Below are positions 33,056 to 42,239 of a DNA stretch of 64,000 nucleotides, piece by piece. Made by a program: the position numbers and the translations under genes. The DNA comes from Candidatus Omnitrophota bacterium (GTDB lineage Bacteria > Omnitrophota > Gorgyraeia > Zapsychrales > Fredricksoniimonadaceae), in assembly GCA_028865345.1 (NCBI GenBank), contig JAGWKL010000003.1, forward strand, positions 128,184 through 192,183, in the 5' to 3' direction. Below the pieces are notes generated by a model. It had not been told where the DNA came from. It saw only the letters and a program-made list of their open reading frames with translations, and ran no database searches. Every line of letters starts with the position of its first letter. Position 1 is the first letter of the stretch.

Positions 33056-34372
33056 ATGGCAGTCAAGTCGGGTTTTGATGTCGATGCAACAGTCCAGAAA
33101 CTGGTGATGAGCGATAATATCAAGGAAAAGGAGGCTTTGGCCCGTGAAATCCAGGCGGAGGCAAAGTCCCGCGGGGTATTTCTGGCCTCCATCCATGAGG
33201 TGTATATGGCGCGCGGCAAAGGACAGGGCAAGAATTTCACGACGCCGGCCATGAACCTGCGTTGTTTGACCTATCATCTGGCCCGTGCCATTTTCCGCGT
33301 GGCCAAACGTTTGAATGCCGGCGCTTTTATCTTTGAGATCGCCAAATCGGAAATGGGCTATACGGCCCAGCCGCCCATTGAGTATTCCGCGGTTATTTTA
33401 GCGGCCGCCGTTAAGGAAGGCCATCGGGGACCGGTGTTCGTGCAAGGGGACCATTGCCAGATCAAGGCCAGCAGCTATTTCGAAAATAAGGCCAAGGAAG
33501 TTTCCGGCTTGAAAGACATGGTGGCAGACTGTATCGCCGCCGGCTTTTATAATATCGACGTCGATTCTTCCACGACCGTTAAATTGGACCGTCCGACCCT
33601 GACAGAACAGCAGCGCGATAATTTTGAAGTGTGCGCGGACATGTCGGCTTTTATCCGTAAGATCCAGCCGAAAGGCCTGCAGATCTCCATCGGCGGGGAG
33701 ATCGGTGAAGTCGGTCATAAGAATTCCACCGTTGAGGAGTTGGTGGCCTTCACCGAAGGTTATAACAAAGCCCTGCCTAAAGGCTTGGTCGGTTTAAGCA
33801 AGATTTCCGTACAAACAGGAACTTCCCACGGCGGGACCGTGTTGCCTGACGGCTCCATTGCCAAGGCCAATGTGGATTTTGATACTTTGAAAAACATCTC
33901 TGCGGCCGCCCGGCAGAAATTCGGCATGGGCGGGGCTGTCCAGCACGGCGCCTCTACCTTAAGCGATGACCAGTTCCATAAATTCCCGGAAGTCAACACG
34001 GTTGAGATCCATTTGGCCACCAATTTTCAAAACAAGACCCTGGATAACCTGCCCAAGGACCTTTACCAAAAGATGATGGACTGGACCAAGGCCAACTGCC
34101 AGAGTGAACGTAAAAGCACCGACACCGAGGAGCAGTTTTTATACAAGGCCCGTAAACGCGCTTTAGGGCAGTTTAAAAAAGAGATTTACGGCCTGCCTGA
34201 AAGCGTCAAAGAAGGCATTGCCGCTCAACTGGAAAAGAATTTTGAATTCCTTTTTAAGCAGCTTAATGTGGGGGACACAAAAGATTTTGTGACTTCCATC
34301 GTTAAGCCGGTGGATACGGCCATCGGTTTGCGTCAGACACAGGCCCATTTAGACGGCGAAGGGGATGATTAA
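33056..34372 (+). CDS. Class II fructose-bisphosphate aldolase (long form)
   Basis: QGDH, GEIGEVG, GTSHGG, VQHGAS; follows pfkA. Confidence 0.85.
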   Translation: MAVKSGFDVDATVQKLVMSDNIKEKEALAREIQAEAKSRGVFLASIHEVYMARGKGQGKNFTTPAMNLRCLTYHLARAIFRVAKRLNAGAFIFEIAKSEMGYTAQPPIEYSAVILAAAVKEGHRGPVFVQGDHCQIKASSYFENKAKEVSGLKDMVADCIAAGFYNIDVDSSTTVKLDRPTLTEQQRDNFEVCADMSAFIRKIQPKGLQISIGGEIGEVGHKNSTVEELVAFTEGYNKALPKGLVGLSKISVQTGTSHGGTVLPDGSIAKANVDFDTLKNISAAARQKFGMGGAVQHGASTLSDDQFHKFPEVNTVEIHLATNFQNKTLDNLPKDLYQKMMDWTKANCQSERKSTDTEEQFLYKARKRALGQFKKEIYGLPESVKEGIAAQLEKNFEFLFKQLNVGDTKDFVTSIVKPVDTAIGLRQTQAHLDGEGDD

Positions 34373-34607
34373 TCCTGATCAACAAAAGATCAATGAAGAT
34401 CAGTGGCATAATCAAGACAATTGGAGCGGACCGTTCTATTCGAGCAAAAAAGACGACCGGCTCTGGGTCCCTAAAAGAAATCCTGTCTTTGGCTGGACGA
34501 TCAATTTTGGTCATAAGTACGGGCTTCTGACAATGATCATGATCAGCATCGTTCCTTTGATCGCGGTCGCTGTCGGTTTAACAGCAGTTTTAAGCACAAG
34601 ACATTAA
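34365..34607 (+). CDS. Small membrane protein, DUF5808-like
   Basis: FY..K.D.RLWVPKR...GWTINFG plus C-terminal TM helix. Confidence 0.75.
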   Translation: MINPDQQKINEDQWHNQDNWSGPFYSSKKDDRLWVPKRNPVFGWTINFGHKYGLLTMIMISIVPLIAVAVGLTAVLSTRH

Positions 34608-34625
34608 TATAAGGAAAAAATAAAA

Positions 34626-35618
34626 ATGGCTAAGATTTTTTACGATAAAGATTGCAAAATCAATGATATTAAGGACAAGACCATCGCCGTGGTGGGGTAC
34701 GGTATCCAGGGACGCGGCCAGGCGTTGAATTTGCGCGACAGCGGCTTGAAGGTCATCGTAGCGCAGCGGCCGGGCGGCCCTAATTATGAGAAGGCCATTG
34801 AAGATGGGTTTAAGCCGGTGTCCGTCGATGAGGCCACGCGCAAGGCAGAGGTGATCATCCTTTTGACCCAGGACCATCTGCAGGCGGATATTTACAGGAA
34901 TTCCATCGAGCCTTACCTGACCAGGGGCAAGGCCCTGGCGTTCTCCCACGGGTTCAATATCCATTTTAAATTCATCGTTCCTCCTAAGGACGTCGACGTT
35001 TTCATGATCGCGCCCAAAGGTCCCGGGGCCCTGGTGCGGCGCCAGTATGAAGAAGGCCGCGGCGTGCCATGCCTGGTGGCCGTGCATCAAAATGCCACAG
35101 GCAAGGCCCTAAAGATCGCTTTGGCTTATGCCAAAGGCATCGGCGGTTCCCGCGCAGGGATCATCCAGACGACATTCAAGGAAGAAACGGAAACCGACCT
35201 GTTCGGCGAACAGTCTGTTTTGTGCGGGGGCGCCAGTGAGCTCATCAAGGCGGGTTGGGAGACCCTGGTTGCGGCGGGCTATCAGCCGGAAATCGCCTAT
35301 TTTGAATGCCTGCATGAATTGAAATTGATCGTGGATTTGATCTACGAAGACGGCATCCAGGGCATGCGCAGGCGCGTTTCCGATACTGCGGAATACGGGG
35401 ACATGACCCGCGGTAAACGCATTGTGGATGCCCGTACCCGTAAAGAAATGCAAAAGATATTAAAAGAAATTCAAACGGGCAAATTTGCCGGGGAATGGAT
35501 GGCCGAAAACAAAAAAGGCCGCAAGAATTTCCTTAAGATGCGTAAAATAGGCGAAAAACATCCGGTTGAAAAAGTGGGTGCCCGACTTCGGGCCATGATG
35601 AGCTGGATGAAAAAGTAA
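34626..35618 (+). CDS. ilvC: Ketol-acid reductoisomerase
   Basis: [33 protein letters not shown]. Confidence 0.97.
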   Translation: MAKIFYDKDCKINDIKDKTIAVVGYGIQGRGQALNLRDSGLKVIVAQRPGGPNYEKAIEDGFKPVSVDEATRKAEVIILLTQDHLQADIYRNSIEPYLTRGKALAFSHGFNIHFKFIVPPKDVDVFMIAPKGPGALVRRQYEEGRGVPCLVAVHQNATGKALKIALAYAKGIGGSRAGIIQTTFKEETETDLFGEQSVLCGGASELIKAGWETLVAAGYQPEIAYFECLHELKLIVDLIYEDGIQGMRRRVSDTAEYGDMTRGKRIVDARTRKEMQKILKEIQTGKFAGEWMAENKKGRKNFLKMRKIGEKHPVEKVGARLRAMMSWMKK

Positions 35619-35656
35619 AACTGTTGATTACACCATAGGAAAAGTTATTATATACT

Positions 35657-35688
35657 AAGGGCGGCTTCAACAGCCGCCCTTCATTTTT
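35657..35688 (+). terminator. Intrinsic terminator-like hairpin between ilvC and leuA
   Basis: AAGGGCGGCT-tcaac-AGCCGCCCTT then CATTTTT. Confidence 0.55.
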
Positions 35689-35704
35689 GTCAGCGAGGCC
35701 ATTT

Positions 35705-37231
35705 ATGAAAAACGACAAGGTTTTTGTATTTGATACTACTTTAAGGGATGGGGAGCAGGCTCCCGGAGCCACCATGGGCCCGGAAGAAAAGTTGGAGATC
35801 GCTTTTGCCCTGGAACGCCTGGGCGTCGATATCATTGAGGCCGGTTTTCCGGTTTCTTCTCCGGGGGATTTTGCTTCAGTGCAGAATGTGGCGCGGCACA
35901 TCAAAGATTCCTGTGTGTGCGGCCTGGCCCGTTCCATTGTCAAAGATATCGATGCCGTTATTGAGGCGGTCAAACCGGCCAAGCACAAACGCATTCACAT
36001 CTTTTTGGCCACATCTTCCATCCATTTGCAGCATAAGTTGAGAAAAAGCCAGGATGAAATTGTGGCCATGGCCGTTGAGTCCGTCAAGTATGCGCGCAAG
36101 CGGATGGACAATATTGAATTCTCACCGGAAGACGCGTCCCGTACGGAGAAAAGCTTCCTGTACCGTATTTTGGAAGAGGTCATCAGGTGCGGTGCCACCA
36201 CGGTCAATATTCCGGATACGGTCGGCTACAGCACGCCCGAAGAATACGGGGCGGTGATCGCCGGGATATGCAATAATGTTCCCAACATCGGCAAGGCGGT
36301 TGTTTCCGTCCATTGCCATGATGACTTGGGGTTAGGTGTGGCTAATTCCCTGGCAGGTGTCGCCGGCGGTGCGCGGCAAGTTGAATGCACCATCAACGGC
36401 ATCGGGGAGCGGGCGGGCAATGCCTCTATGGAGGAAATTGTCATGTCCTTAAGGACCCGTCAGGACTTTTATCATTTGTCGACCAACATCAAAACAAAAG
36501 AGTTTTACCGCATTTCCCGCATGGTCTCAAAGGCCACCGGCTTTATTGTACCGCCCAACAAGGCGATTGTGGGGGCCAATGCCTTTCGTCATGAATCCGG
36601 CATCCATCAGGACGGTGTCCTGAAAGAGCGGCGCACCTACGAGATCATGGACCCTGAAGATGTCGGCGTGCCGTCGACAGAAGGCCTGGTCCTGGGCAAA
36701 CATTCCGGGCGCCATGCGTTCAAAGACAGGTTAAAAGGCTTAGGCATCGAGTTGCCTGAGGTTGATCTGGACAAGGCCTTTGCCCGGTTCAAAGACCTGG
36801 CCGACAAAAAGAAGGAAATTTACGACGAAGACCTGGCGGCCATTGTCGAAGACCAGGGACATATGGCCCATGTGGCTTACAGTTTGGCGGACTTGATTTC
36901 CACCAGCGGCACCAACATTGCCCCTGAGGTGACGGTCACCGTCTTATATAAGGGCAAAAAGCGTTCTCAAAGGTCCACCGGAGACGGGCCGGTGGATGCC
37001 TGCTATAAAGCCATCGAAGCATTGACAAAGTTGAAAATCAAATTATTGGATTACGGCATCAAGTCTGTGACCCAGGGCAAGGATGCTTTGGGCGAGGTGA
37101 CGGTCAAGGTCGCCGTCGAGGGGGAAACGGTGATCGGCCGCGCGGCCAGCACGGACATCATCGAGGCCTCAGCCAAAGCCTATATCAACGCCATTAACAA
37201 ATATGTGGCCCAGCAGAAATTAAGAAAATGA
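35705..37231 (+). CDS. leuA: 2-isopropylmalate synthase
   Basis: DTTLRDGEQ, HCHDDLG, GERAGN, HESGIHQDG, GDGPVDA. Confidence 0.96.
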   Translation: MKNDKVFVFDTTLRDGEQAPGATMGPEEKLEIAFALERLGVDIIEAGFPVSSPGDFASVQNVARHIKDSCVCGLARSIVKDIDAVIEAVKPAKHKRIHIFLATSSIHLQHKLRKSQDEIVAMAVESVKYARKRMDNIEFSPEDASRTEKSFLYRILEEVIRCGATTVNIPDTVGYSTPEEYGAVIAGICNNVPNIGKAVVSVHCHDDLGLGVANSLAGVAGGARQVECTINGIGERAGNASMEEIVMSLRTRQDFYHLSTNIKTKEFYRISRMVSKATGFIVPPNKAIVGANAFRHESGIHQDGVLKERRTYEIMDPEDVGVPSTEGLVLGKHSGRHAFKDRLKGLGIELPEVDLDKAFARFKDLADKKKEIYDEDLAAIVEDQGHMAHVAYSLADLISTSGTNIAPEVTVTVLYKGKKRSQRSTGDGPVDACYKAIEALTKLKIKLLDYGIKSVTQGKDALGEVTVKVAVEGETVIGRAASTDIIEASAKAYINAINKYVAQQKLRK

Positions 37232-38109
37232 ATTATGAACCTCCGGCCATATACGGAATTATCGGCAATCCGGTCGAACGCAGCCTGTCTCCGGTGATGC
37301 ACAATACCGCTTTTAAGGCCTTAAAAGTCAATGCTGTCTACAAATTGTTCCCTTTGGCCGATGCCCAGGACCTCAAGCTCTTTATGGAAGACCTCAAGGA
37401 GCAGGACAATCCCGTTTTCGGCCTTAATGTGACTGTCCCGTATAAAGAGGATGTGTTGCCTTATCTGGACAGCGTGGATGCTTTGGCCGACAAAATAGGC
37501 GCGGTCAATACCATTGTCATCGACCACCAGCGCAAGCTGCACGGGTTCAATACCGACGGCCCGGGTTTCATGAGCCATTTGACGGAACTCGGATTTGATT
37601 TTAAAGGCAAGCGTCTGGCCGTTCTGGGCGCGGGAGGTACGGCCCGTGCCATTATAAGCGTCCTGTGCCTGCTGCCCGAGGGGCCGGAGAGTATTGCCGT
37701 TTATAACCGTACCCGGGGCAACGCCGATGTCCTGCTTGAAGACTTGCGGCAAAAGATCCCTGTGGAAAAGGTCCGTATCGTCGATGAGCCGGAAGACCTC
37801 AACATTGAATTGGCGGACCTTTTGATCAATACGACCAATGTGGGGATGAAGGACAGCGAGGCGCTTTTGATCGATGCAGGGGCCTTGCATAAAGACATGC
37901 TGGTGTATGATGTCATTTATAATCCGCAGGAAACAAAACTGCTTAAAGAAGCCCGTGCCCGGGGCGCCCGGACATCCAACGGATTGGGGATGCTGTTTTT
38001 TCAGGGAATGCTGGCTTTTTGGCATTGGTCGGATGTAGAATTGGATGAGGAGATAAAAAAAATAGTGAGAAAATCTTTAGGGGAGGCGAGCCTGAGACAT
38101 GGATCTTAA
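37228..38109 (+). CDS. aroE: Shikimate dehydrogenase
   Basis: SLSP.MHN, NVTVPYK, AVNT, NTD, GAGG, GLGML. Confidence 0.94.
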   Translation: MNYEPPAIYGIIGNPVERSLSPVMHNTAFKALKVNAVYKLFPLADAQDLKLFMEDLKEQDNPVFGLNVTVPYKEDVLPYLDSVDALADKIGAVNTIVIDHQRKLHGFNTDGPGFMSHLTELGFDFKGKRLAVLGAGGTARAIISVLCLLPEGPESIAVYNRTRGNADVLLEDLRQKIPVEKVRIVDEPEDLNIELADLLINTTNVGMKDSEALLIDAGALHKDMLVYDVIYNPQETKLLKEARARGARTSNGLGMLFFQGMLAFWHWSDVELDEEIKKIVRKSLGEASLRHGS

Positions 38110-38899
38110 TATTTTGTTCGGTGTTTTTGTGTTTATTATGGGAGCGATCATCGGCAGTTTTCTTAACGTCTGCATTGTGCGCCTTCCGTTGGAGAAATCC
38201 ATTGTCCGTCCGGGGTCGCATTGCGTGGCTTGCAAGGCGCCGATCGCTTGGTACGATAATATCCCCCTGATCAGCTGGCTCGTGTTGGGCGGCCGTTGCC
38301 GCGCTTGCAAAGCCAAAATATCCTTTCGTTATTGGCTGGTTGAGCTGCTGACAGGATCGGTGTTTTTTCTTTTTTGGCGGTATTACGGGATGCATGCGGT
38401 TTTATGGCCCTATCTGGTCATGATGAGCGGTTTTATTGTGGCGACTTTCGTGGATTTTGAGCACCGCATCATCCCCGATGAGGTTTCCATCGGCGGCATC
38501 GTCGCCGGGTTGGCTTTTAGTCTGGTTGTCCCGCAATTGCAGGGGGCAACCTCTCCATTATGGGGGTTTTGCCTTTCCCTGCTGGGGGTGTTGGCGGGAG
38601 GGGGCGTTATTTATTTGATGGGCATGATCGGCGATTTTGTTTTCAAGAAAGAGACCATGGGCGGCGGAGATGTGAAGTTAATGGGCATGGTTGGCGCTTT
38701 TATGGGCTGGAAACTGGCTTTATTGACCTTTTTCCTGGCCCCGTTTTTCGGAGCTGTTTATGGCATCATCGAAAAGATCCGCACCAAGGACAGCGCCATC
38801 GCTTATGGCCCTTTTTTGATCCTGGGGGCTTTGACAAGCCTGTTTTGGGGCGAGAGAATCATTCATTATGTGATCACAGGGGGAGTTTATCACTTATGA
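38099..38899 (+). CDS. pilD: Prepilin peptidase
   Basis: GSFLNVCI.R, two CxxC, MGGGDVKL, AYGPFL. Confidence 0.93.
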   Translation: MDLNILFGVFVFIMGAIIGSFLNVCIVRLPLEKSIVRPGSHCVACKAPIAWYDNIPLISWLVLGGRCRACKAKISFRYWLVELLTGSVFFLFWRYYGMHAVLWPYLVMMSGFIVATFVDFEHRIIPDEVSIGGIVAGLAFSLVVPQLQGATSPLWGFCLSLLGVLAGGGVIYLMGMIGDFVFKKETMGGGDVKLMGMVGAFMGWKLALLTFFLAPFFGAVYGIIEKIRTKDSAIAYGPFLILGALTSLFWGERIIHYVITGGVYHL

Positions 38900-39309
38900 T
38901 CAGAGCGTTGTGCGTTTTATCGTGCTTATTGTTTTCCGCGGCCGCGGCCGGTTTTGCCACGCCGCCGACCAGCATCAGTTTGGCATATGATATGGGCAAG
39001 GGGAGTTTGCATGTGGAAGCGCTGCACGAATCATTCAATCTCACAAAAAGTTATGTACGCCTGATGTACGTTTATCTCAACGGCGAGCGGGTTTTGAGCC
39101 GGAACTATTATAAACAAGATGCCTATGATAGATTTACCGACGACCTTCCTCTCACCGCCAAGGTGGGGGATATGATCAAAGTTGATTTGTTCTGTACTTT
39201 GGGCGGAGAAAAGGCCCAAGAATTAAAGGTCACAAGTACGGGTATTTCACAGACTCAAAACGCCGCTGATGAGCCTGCCGCAAACGGCGCAGCACAACAG
39301 GAGGAATAG
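38896..39309 (+). CDS. Exported hypothetical protein
   Basis: Signal-peptide-like MIRALCVLSCLLFSAAAAGFA at ATG overlapping the pilD stop. Confidence 0.7.
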   Translation: MIRALCVLSCLLFSAAAAGFATPPTSISLAYDMGKGSLHVEALHESFNLTKSYVRLMYVYLNGERVLSRNYYKQDAYDRFTDDLPLTAKVGDMIKVDLFCTLGGEKAQELKVTSTGISQTQNAADEPAANGAAQQEE

Positions 39310-39313
39310 GGTC

Positions 39314-39637
39314 ATGCGTTATTGTATTTTATTGGTTTTACTTCTTGCCGCTTCTCCGGTATCGGCCCAGAACGCCGCTCCTGTTCAGACGGCCATGCCG
39401 GTTGAACGTACATGGATCCACAATGTCCTTATCAAAGGGTTTGTCCTGGATAACAGGGGCCAATTTGTCAAATTATTCAGGCCCTACCGTAACAAGCGTT
39501 TGTCCAGCGCTGATATGGGCGATATCCTTCAACACCTCCAGGAGATTTATGAAGAAGCGGGGTATCAAGGCCTGGTCTCCATAAACTATCATGTCCGTAA
39601 AAAATATTTAATTTTTACGGTTTCCTTGATTAAATAA
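39314..39637 (+). CDS. Small exported POTRA-like domain protein
   Basis: Signal peptide; I..V.IKG...L...PYRNK.LS..D...I...LQEIY..AGY pattern of POTRA domains. Confidence 0.6.
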   Translation: MRYCILLVLLLAASPVSAQNAAPVQTAMPVERTWIHNVLIKGFVLDNRGQFVKLFRPYRNKRLSSADMGDILQHLQEIYEEAGYQGLVSINYHVRKKYLIFTVSLIK

Positions 39638-39639
39638 TA

Positions 39640-40275
39640 ATGAAGCAGAAACGGGTTTATTTTTGGGCATGTGTTGTCCTTTTGGGGCTTGTGCTGATGG
39701 TTGGGGCCATTCCTTTTCTTCGCGCCGTGGGTTCTTTTTTAGTGGTGAAAGATAAATTGCAGCCGGCAGATATTGTTATCGTGCTGGCCCACGCCCAAGA
39801 CCGGGTGGCCCAGGCCGTTCAATTATATAAAGAAGGGTATTCCAAATTGCTCATTATGAGCGGCGGCAGACAGCTTCCTTCAGGAAACATCGAAGCTGTC
39901 CAGATGAAACAGGAGGCTGTGCAAGCCGGCGTGCCTCCGGACAGGATATGGCTGGACCTCAAGACGATGCATACGTTTCAAGACCCCATTTTTCTTAAAC
40001 CCGTTTTATTGAGCCATGGTTTTAAATCAGCCATTGTGGTGACCTCTCCCTATCATACGCGCCGCGCCGCCATGATATTTAACCGGATGGCCGAAAAGAC
40101 CGGTATCAAGATAATGTATTGCCCCGCCCAAAACAGCAGGTTTGACCCTCAACGTTGGTGGCTGAGTTGCGAAGGATGGAAAGACGTTTTCTGGGAATAT
40201 GCAAAAATGGCGGTCAATTTTTGGGGGACGGGTGTCGATAATTTTGTATGCCGCCTATTGGGGCTGAATGGATGA
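39640..40275 (+). CDS. YdcF/DUF218 (ElyC/SanA-like) family protein
   Basis: N-terminal TM, ADIVIVL, MSGG, EA..M, VTSPYHTRRA. Confidence 0.85.
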   Translation: MKQKRVYFWACVVLLGLVLMVGAIPFLRAVGSFLVVKDKLQPADIVIVLAHAQDRVAQAVQLYKEGYSKLLIMSGGRQLPSGNIEAVQMKQEAVQAGVPPDRIWLDLKTMHTFQDPIFLKPVLLSHGFKSAIVVTSPYHTRRAAMIFNRMAEKTGIKIMYCPAQNSRFDPQRWWLSCEGWKDVFWEYAKMAVNFWGTGVDNFVCRLLGLNG

Positions 40276-40772
40276 ATAAGAATATTGTTTTAATCGGGTT
40301 TATGGGCTCAGGAAAATCCATGATCGCCCGCCAATTGGGCAAGCGCCTGAAACGCCAGGTCGTGGCCACTGATGATCTGATCGAGGCCGGGCAAGGCATG
40401 AAGATCATGGATATTTTTAAGTCCAAAGGCGAGGCGTGTTTCCGCGACCTCGAGCGGGACATTGTTTTGGAGGTCTCCAGGCGTCAGGGCATCATCATCG
40501 ATTGCGGCGGAGGCGTTGTCCTGCGTAAAGAAAACTTGGCAAATCTTAAAACCAATGGTATTGTATTCTACCTCCAGGCGGCGCCGGAAGTCATTTATGA
40601 GCGTATCAGGCATGAACGCCACCGGCCCTTGCTCAAAGGACCCGACCCCCTCGGGTGTATTAAAGAACTCTACATTCAACGGCTCCCCCTGTACAACCAG
40701 GCTGATCATGTGATCGACGCCAACGACCCGTCGATTGAAGGCCCCATCGGCGAAATTTTAAAAAGAATATAA
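40272..40772 (+). CDS. aroK: Shikimate kinase
   Basis: GFMGSGKS, GEACFRDLE, GGG, RPLL, R.PLY. Confidence 0.95.
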   Translation: MNKNIVLIGFMGSGKSMIARQLGKRLKRQVVATDDLIEAGQGMKIMDIFKSKGEACFRDLERDIVLEVSRRQGIIIDCGGGVVLRKENLANLKTNGIVFYLQAAPEVIYERIRHERHRPLLKGPDPLGCIKELYIQRLPLYNQADHVIDANDPSIEGPIGEILKRI

Positions 40773-40821
40773 AAATTTCGCTTCAGCCAACTGTACGCAT
40801 TCGAAGCAATTGGGCCTTTTA

Positions 40822-40857
40822 GAAGGCCCGGTTGCCGAAATCCTCAAGAAAATATAA
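40822..40857 (+). repeat. Diverged second copy of the aroK 3' end
   Basis: 27/36 nt identical to 40737-40772; encodes EGPVAEILKKI* versus EGPIGEILKRI*. Confidence 0.7.
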
Positions 40858-41150
40858 ATCTACGGGTAGTATTAAGACACGCGATGGATATGGCGGGCCA
40901 AACTCCTTTCGCCAAGGTATTGGGTTTCCCAATACCTCGTTTGGCCGTGCTCGTTCCCAATCGAATAAGGAATTCTGGGATGAACCTTGGCTTAAGGAGT
41001 TATGCCAGCCGTATCCATCCGGAACTTTTGACAGAACCAATCATATCGTCGAAAGTTTTATGAAAACCATGTTGCTTCGGATTGCCCCCGCCTGTGAAGG
41101 GTGTATTTTAATAATTTTTACAAAATGTTATTTAATGTCAGGAGGAACTT

Positions 41151-42236
41151 ATGACGGAACAAGAGGCTTTGCTTGTTTTAAATGCAGTGCCTGATCTGGG
41201 CGCAGTCCGTATCCGTAAACTGATGGCCGTTTTAGGCAGCGCCCTGGCGGTTTTACAGGCTCCTTCGGACGGACTTAATGAATGCCGATGGCTTACCCCG
41301 GAGCATGTTCAGAATATATTAAACTTTTCTAAAGACAAATTCCTGCAAGGCGAATATAATCTGATGCAACGCAAAAGCATTGTTGCTGTGACACTTGCGG
41401 ATGAAAATTTCCCGTGTTCTTTAAAAAATTTTGAAGATGCCCCTGTTGTGCTGTATGTTAAAGGGAGCATGGATTGCCTTAATGACATGTCTGTGGCCCT
41501 GGTGGGTTCAAGAGCAGCCAGTTTTTCCGGCCGCAGGTGTGCCCAGGCTTTTGCCCGCGCCTTTGTGCAAGCGGGATTGACGGTGGTCTCCGGGTTGGCC
41601 CGCGGGATAGACACTGCGGCGCATCAAGGAGCGCTGAATGCCGGCGGCAGGACCATCGCGGTCATCGGTTGCGGTTTTAACCATATGTACCCTAAAGAAA
41701 ATGTTCCTTTAATGGAGGCCATCAGCCGTCAAGGGGCCGTGGTCTCCGAGTTTGCTTTCGGTATGCCGCCCTTGAAACAAAATTTCCCCTGGCGCAACCG
41801 CATTATCAGCGCCTTGGCCCTGGGCACCGTCGTCATCGAAGCGGGGCCCCAAAGCGGCGCCCTGATTACGGCGGATTATGCTTTAGCCCAGAACAAGGAT
41901 GTCTTTGTTCTGCCTTCAAATGTTGATAATGAAACGGCCCTGGGCAGCAACCGGTTGATCCAAGACGGGGCATGTGTAGCGCTGGATCCCGATGACGTAT
42001 TGCTTTGTATCAAAAAGGGGTATCTTCCGCAAGCCCATGCGGAGGACAGAAAGCTGCTCGTATTAAGCGAGGAGCAATCGAGGGTCTATCCTCACATCAC
42101 GTCGGCTCCGGTGCATTTGGAAGAGCTGGCCAGGCAATCAGGGCTGGATATCGGCTGCCTTATGAACATTACTTTGAGCCTGGAATTGAAACGCCTGATC
42201 AAGCAGTTGCCCGGCCAGTATTATGTAAGGAATTAA
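41151..42236 (+). CDS. dprA: DNA-processing protein DprA
   Basis: VGSR, SGLARGID, FPWRNRIIS, SGALITA. Confidence 0.95.
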   Translation: MTEQEALLVLNAVPDLGAVRIRKLMAVLGSALAVLQAPSDGLNECRWLTPEHVQNILNFSKDKFLQGEYNLMQRKSIVAVTLADENFPCSLKNFEDAPVVLYVKGSMDCLNDMSVALVGSRAASFSGRRCAQAFARAFVQAGLTVVSGLARGIDTAAHQGALNAGGRTIAVIGCGFNHMYPKENVPLMEAISRQGAVVSEFAFGMPPLKQNFPWRNRIISALALGTVVIEAGPQSGALITADYALAQNKDVFVLPSNVDNETALGSNRLIQDGACVALDPDDVLLCIKKGYLPQAHAEDRKLLVLSEEQSRVYPHITSAPVHLEELARQSGLDIGCLMNITLSLELKRLIKQLPGQYYVRN

Positions 42237-42239
42237 ATT

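Noticed and set aside
38560-38895. N-terminal 112 codons of the 249-aa ORF
   Set aside because: Overlaps pilD; the real gene starts at ATG 38896 with a signal peptide
40819-41194. 73-aa and 120-aa ORFs between aroK and dprA
   Set aside because: No SD, motif or recognisable homology; treated as unexplained DNA
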